From Octopus vulgaris (Eukaryota), in NCBI GenBank assembly GCA_951406725.2, contig OX597820.1, positions 64,480,001 through 64,544,000 on the forward strand: 64,000 bases of DNA, read 5' to 3'. Below are positions 57,415 to 64,000 of this stretch, piece by piece (positions within the stretch are counted from its first letter, which is position 1; every line of letters starts with the position of its first letter). Both the position numbers and the translations under genes were made by a program. Under the pieces are notes generated by a model. It was not told the DNA's origin and searched no databases. It saw nothing but the letters and a program-made list of their open reading frames with translations.

Positions 57415-57720
57415 TTTTAGGTGTTAGTTATTGGTTGTTTATTTAAATTCAAGAGACACATGTTCCATCCGTAGCGAATCTAAGTCAGTTGTTTATCTAT
57501 TTATTGACACGTTTAATTGAAATTGGTCTTGGTAGGAATATTATAAGTGGAGGAAAACGCGTACATACTAACACAACCGTGTTATACGCTTCATACGCAC
57601 ACACACATACGCACACACACACACACACACGCGCGCACACGCACACACACACACACATATTTATATATATTTATATCCAGTCAAGAAAATCTCCATACGA
57701 GATGAAAGCAAACATTCAAA

Positions 57721-58404
57721 CTGACAAGCAATGTTTATCGCCACCTAAACACGGCTGTTACTTAGGAACCGATGATACTGATATTTTTAATACCAGGAGG
57801 ACACCTCTTCCAGCTGGATATATGTTGCAAACGTGGAGAGAACTCCCTACTATTTTATCCCCGAAACCATCAGGCCGTACGGTTTCGACCGTGATATGGT
57901 GATCCTCGCTGATGGATAATCGTCCGCAAGTCATAGCAGTACTTCATGCCAGCTCGCAATATGTATATATAAATAAGTGATAAACAATCACTGATCCAGC
58001 TGGTCAACAAACGTTCTATAAGAGATGGAAGAAATATATTTAGGTATTTTTCTTTTAACTTAAACTTGTTTCAATCATTTTACTAAGTCCACTCTGGGGC
58101 ACCGCCTTGAAGGATTTGTCGTCAAATGAATCAAGACCAGTACTTGCTCCTTTTTTAATGTGGAATTAATTTTATCTGTCTCTTTTGCTGAACAGCTCAG
58201 TTACGGGAGGAAAGATACACAAACACCATATAAAGGTCGAAACCGTACGGACTGATGGTCTCGGGGCTAAAATTGTAGGGAATTCTCTCCCTGCTTGCAA
58301 CATATATCGAGTGCAGATCGCACTGTATAACCAGCTGGAAGAGGTGTCCTCCTGGTGTTAAAAATAGCAGTATCGTCATTTCCTAAGTAACAGCTGTTTG
58401 TCAG
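57721..58404. repeat. Inverted repeat (57721-57901 and 58224-58404) carrying a degenerate HHR (57867-57915, minus)
   Basis: CCATCA-gcGAGGA-T-cACC..GGTC-GAAACCGTACGGc-C-TGATGG. Confidence 0.75.
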
Positions 58405-58602
58405 TGTCAAGCGGTTGTGTATGAGGTATATCCACACACACACGCGCGCGCGGAGGTTTCTTTTAGTTTCCGTCTGACAAATACATTCTCAAGGTTTTGG
58501 TCGAGCCGAGGCTAAATCAAAAGATACTGGCCAAAAATGCCATGAAGGAGGATTGAACCTGAACCATGTGGTTGGAAAGCAAATTTCTTCCCATGCAGCA
58601 AC
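58062..58602 (-). mobile_element. SINE family A, interrupted by the inverted-repeat arm 58229-58404
   Basis: SINE sequence stops at AAACACCA and resumes at TGTCAAGCG. Confidence 0.75.
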
Positions 58603-58603
58603 A

Positions 58604-58663
<60 letters not shown>

Positions 58664-59257
58664 GTATATATATCAAGGCGGTGCCCCAGCATGGCCACAG
58701 TCTAATGACTGAAACAATAAAAGTTAACATATATACATATATATATATAAATATATCTACATATATTTATATATACATTTATATATATATATATACATGT
58801 TGACCTACATATATTCATGTATAGATAATGCTTTTCGCGCCTCAGTGTTCGGTAACACAACCCACAGTACATATTGTATACAATCAACATGTGATACAAA
58901 AGTGCATAACAGAGATCATCACACATCATACTATAAACTCTCTACAAAAGAACATAATTCACACGTTACATCAGAACAACATCAGACGAAATACTATAAT
59001 CACACCAGACACAGGACAACAAATCATATTATAAAGGTAAAACGTGTAGCATACAAATTCGATTCTATAGACTTAAAAGCTGATGGTAAAATCTCTCTCT
59101 AGGAAAACGGCAGTGGAATTGGTATTTCTACTAGAAACTCGTATAAAACTGTCGAAAACATCAGCATCAGTATCATCATCGTCATCATCATGTAACATCA
59201 TCATCATCTTATTTATTTATTATTATTATTATCATTATTATTATTATCACCATTATT

Positions 59258-59809
59258 GAAGGAGAGAGCAGAGCATGCCATCAAAGTGACACTGGGGTAA
59301 AATATACGAAGCACAGTATACCCGTCATAACTACCCGTCTAATAAGGGTACACCGGGCACATGCATCACAACCATATGTGCGTGACACGGTGATTTCATA
59401 TCAAGATAAACAGCTCATGGCTTTGCAGTTGGGAACCAGTTAGAATTTTCTTCAGGGCGAGTAGCCCATCCAGCTCAAAAGGTCCCTGTATAGGGGTTGT
59501 TTAATGATGACGCACAAAACATCTATGCATCTAAAGGTGAATTATACAAACCCCAGAGAATTTCTCTCAACACATGTCTATGATGCTACCCCACTACTTC
59601 TGCTCTTGATAAGAGATGCACATATAGTTAGCCACTAAGGAACATGGTCAACTGGTTATGGTCAAACAACTAACAAGCAAATCTGTGGTATTGAGCAGAA
59701 TATTTGCCGTTTTTTTTTATACCAAGACAAAACAATGTACATGATAGCACTTCCAATCAGTTAAGATCAGAAGACATGAGAGCCACTGCCTGGTACTGCA
59801 TCAGGGCAT
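59258..59809 (-). mobile_element. About 550-bp non-coding interspersed element at (AAT)n, copy 1
   Basis: End-to-end alignable with 59996-60551; strand inferred from (AAT)n tail. Confidence 0.8.
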
Positions 59810-59921
59810 AAGTGGTTGGCGGGTTACTACTTGTAACGTTAGGTGTCCACTAGTATTTAAAAAGCTTAGAACCATCTTGATAATCTTTCCAGTCCATCAG
59901 AGGAAAACTTTCCCTAGAAGC

Positions 59922-59995
<74 letters not shown>

Positions 59996-60551
59996 GAGTG
60001 AGAGAGCAGTTCATACTATCAAAGTGAAACTGGGGTAAAATATACGAAGCCCAATATACCCATCATGACTACCCGTCTGATAAAGGTACACCAGGCACAT
60101 GCATCACAACCATATGTGCGCGACATGGTGATCTCATATCAAGACAAACAGCTCATGACCTTGCAGGTGGGGCCCAGTTAGAATTTTCTTCAGGTTGAGT
60201 AGCCCATCCCGCTCAAACGTTCCCTGAATAAGGGTTGTTTAAGGATGTTGAAAGAACCACCCATGTTTCCAGAGGTGAACTATTCAAACCCCAAAGAATC
60301 CCTCTCAACACATGGCTATGATGCTCCCCCACTACTTCTGCTCGTGATCAGAGATGCACATATCGTCAGCCACTAAGGGACATGCTCAACTGGTTAAGGT
60401 CAAACAACTGACAAGCAAATCTGTGGTATTGAGCAGAATATTTGCTGTAGCCCATCTTTTATACCAAGACAAAACAATGTACATGATAACACTTCCAATC
60501 AGTTAAGATTAGAAGCCATGAGAGCCACTGCCTGGTACTGCATCAGGGCAT
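59996..60551 (-). mobile_element. About 550-bp non-coding interspersed element within (AAT)n, copy 2
   Basis: Same termini as copy 1; (ATT)n on both flanks. Confidence 0.8.
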
Positions 60552-60838
<287 letters not shown>

Positions 60839-62610
60839 CGTCCACTGGGACTGCTATATTGATGAAGAGGCATGATGTTTGTCTGAAACCTTCAATATAA
60901 TATCTCGCCTATTTGCATCTATCTTTCTGTCAGTTTCATGAGTGATGTTCCAAAGGAGTGAGGTGTGCATTAGAGTTTGTTTGTGTGCACTAGATTTTGT
61001 TTGTGTTCCCACCAGTTTTTATAATGAGGCGGGTCCAAGTCTTTGCAACTTACCCACTGCCACTGTATCATGCATTTTGAGATATTCTCTAGGCGCAAGA
61101 AGATTGCACATGGGGACAACATGATCAATGGTTTCATTTTATTGTTTACATACACAATACGTTGGGCTACTGCCTTTCTTTAAGATGTTGACCTGGTAGC
61201 TTCTTGTAGGTAGGTATTGATCTGTGGCTGCGATGATACACCCTTCTGACTCTGACACTAAGCCAGAAGAGACTAACCATTGATGTGGGTAAGGGCTTTC
61301 CCAAGAACGGTACTGTTAGGTATTTTGGGGCATTTGCCATCGAGAGCTTTCTTTTGCCATTTATCAATAAAAATATCTAAGACAGCTATTTCAACACGAG
61401 ATTTTCATACGCTGAGCCTTGTCTCTGCTTGTTTCCAGTTTGGGATTTGTTGTACTTGGAATTCACTGAGTTATGCCTTTCCCCATTTTATTATTGAGTA
61501 TGATGTTTTCTAGTTTTCATAATTTAACATCCAGTCATCACGGTTTTTCAGGTAAGTGTTTAGGCCAATTGCGGCAATCTTCATTAGTAATTCCAGCTAT
61601 AAAAGTCCACGGCCATCCTCTTTTCTTGCCTTCGGGTGGTGTATTTTTCTGTCAAGATTACACATCTCAGTAATTGACCAGCTAATAATATTGACATTGT
61701 AAGTTACGATAGGTATAGCTAAAGCATTCATCGCTTCGATCCTATGTCATGCATTCAGCTGTGTCTTGAGTATTGCCCTTACCCTGCGATAACATTTTTT
61801 CTGATCTTTTCCTTTCATCATTGAATGTTTGGCTCCATCACCTTCAAATATTTCTAGTGTTTTTTTTTTAGCTCTCCGCTGGTTCTAACTTCTTTATGTC
61901 ATTCTGTTGCTCAAGATTGATGTTGGATGTTGCTGTCATTTCCCCTCTGATAACGGTAGCGTTATTGAGGCCAAATTAAATCTTGATGTCACCACTGAAC
62001 TGCTTAACAATTGCTAGCAAGCACTGTAGTTCTTGGCCATTTTTTGCAAATAGCTTCAATTCATCCATATAAAAAAAATATTTATATTTTTATAAAAGAT
62101 TTTATAGCCATATTGTACATCATCGAGCAGTTGCGAAAGAAGCATTACTGCTAGACAACAGAGGAATGGGGATAGAATGTCACCCTAGAAAATGTCACAT
62201 GAAATTCTTCGAGAGATTCATTGTCAATGTGATTTTCCATGATCTCGAATTTACAAATAAGAAGTTTCGCAGACTATGTTTTATTTTATGTATTTCCAAA
62301 TATTTCTTAATCCAGCTATGTAGTAGATTATCAAAAACGTTTTTATAGTCTATACAGGCTATCGACAAGTTTTTGTGTTGTTTGTGACAATCTTCCAACA
62401 TCATCTCATTGATGAGTAGTTGATCTTTACAAACTATAGTATCCACGTTTACGTCATTTTTCCTCATTAGGGAAGATGCCACGTTCTATCAAAAAACTAT
62501 AGGTGTATTCATTCAAGACTCATGTTAGTATTATATAAATTGTTGTTAATCAGGTTATGGGTCTATAATATTTGGTCAATCACTTCATTTTTCATAAATG
62601 GAAAAGTAAC
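60839..62610 (-). mobile_element. R4/Dong-like LINE, decayed RT, CCHC and start of RLE
   Basis: CKDQLLINEMMLEDC..IDYKNVFDNLLHSWI; YMDELKLFAKN; QWLVSSGLVSESEGCIIAATDQYLPTR; CVC..ETIDHVVPMC; CLFINIAVPVD. Confidence 0.85.
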
Positions 62611-62720
62611 ACCATTATTTAAAGTCATGGACTTCAGTTGACAAAAGATTCAGGACTATGGTGAAAGCAAAGAGTGGTGAGCTTGAATTGTAAGCATATT
62701 TATTGACAATAATTTACATA

Positions 62721-63135
62721 GGAGTGGCTGTTTGGTAAGTAGCTTGCTAACCAGCCACATGGTTCCCGGTTCAGTCCCACTGCGTGGCATCTTGGGCAAC
62801 TGTCTTCTGCTATAGCCCCGGGCCGACCAATGCCTTGTGAGTGGATTTGGTAGACGGAAACTGAAAGAAGCCTGTCGTATATATGTATATATATATATAA
62901 GTGTGTGTGAATATGTTTGTGTGTCTGTGTTTGTTTCCCTAGCATTGCTTGACAACCGATGCTGGTGTGTTTACGTCCCCGTCACTTAGCGGTTCGGCAA
63001 AAGAGACCGATAGAATAAGTACTGGGCTTACAAAGAATAAGTCCCGGGGTCGATTTGCTCCTCGACTAAAGGCGGTGCTCCAGCATGGCCGCAGTCAAAT
63101 GACTGAAACAAGTAAAAAGAGTAAAAAGAGTAGAA
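62721..63135 (+). mobile_element. SINE family A, full-length
   Basis: Close match to 39479-39872. Confidence 0.92.
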
Positions 63136-64000
63136 GAGTATATTGTAAACATATGTGGAACATTGTCTATAAACACAAACGTTCAACCAGTAAACTTAAT
63201 TTTCATTTTATGATAAAATGAATAATGGATAAACATATGCCCAGCAATCGGTGATGCATATAAAACAACACACACAAACATGCTCACACACTCTCTCTCA
63301 CACATACATACACTAAAACAAACATATATATATATATATGTAATTCCTGAAGAGTGATAGTCGAGACAAGATATATTTAGTCGGACTAACGATTATGGAT
63401 TGTCTGTTTTATATATCAGAGTATACAGAAACACTCAAGTCTTTCAGCTTTTCCAAGAATACCTACTACCTCTTTTCACATACTTCTAACACTTTAAATG
63501 ATAATGTTGACGACAACGGCGATATTAACATTGTCGATGGCGGCAGCAGTGACGATGAAGATATAATGTGGCATATATAGTACTGGGTGTGAGTCACGTA
63601 TAAGATATATACAAACATTGGCAAGTGTGTTTGTTTAGATATGTGTTATGTATATATCTTTACTAGTATAGAATTTCATCGAAAATATTATTCCTTTCTT
63701 TTTAACCACTCGTATATTCCTCCCTCTGTCTCTATCTGCTGAGTTCTTCCTGAAATTTTACAGTGGGTTATGAATTTATTCAACGTGCTTTTAATTACAC
63801 ATATCCCTCTCACTATCCCATTCTTCAAATCTCGAATGAGACGCCACCTAGGTATGAAGGCAGGGAATTGTCATTTTCTCCTTTTTCTCCTTTCGGAGCT
63901 TGATAAAGAAACCACCTGTCCGAAAGGTAAGTTAGTGGAACTGTTAGAATATTCTGCAGATTCTTTACGGTACCTATGCTAGTCAAAATCCTTCTGAATT

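Noticed and set aside
63347-63445. CTGAAGA..GAAAC..GTC pattern
   Set aside because: No stem II closing pair next to GAAA and no stem I.

Overview
AT-rich, microsatellite-saturated eukaryotic non-coding DNA. The SINE/LINE repertoire and extreme (TA)n/(TG)n/(TATG)n/(AAT)n density suggest an octopus/cephalopod genome; this is inference, not a database result. No host protein-coding gene is supported, and almost all ORF-track entries are translated microsatellites. Real coding remnants are all decayed retroelement fragments: CR1-like 3' ends, RTE fragments, R4/Dong-like RT and RLE fragments, and an ORF1-only L1/Tx1-like insert with a 12-bp TSD. There are also two abundant tRNA-derived SINE families and a complete non-autonomous Helitron. 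The main unexplained signal is about ten unrelated short non-coding element families carrying type I hammerhead ribozyme (HHR) motifs. These have palindromic stem III, several have very long stem II inserts, and one has a compensatory U3-A8 core. They sit against (TA)n tracts and are repeatedly arranged as inverted or fold-back duplications, the hallmark of Penelope-like element pseudo-LTRs. One element joins a tRNA-like head to an HHR tail. All pairings were read by eye; no searches or folding were run.
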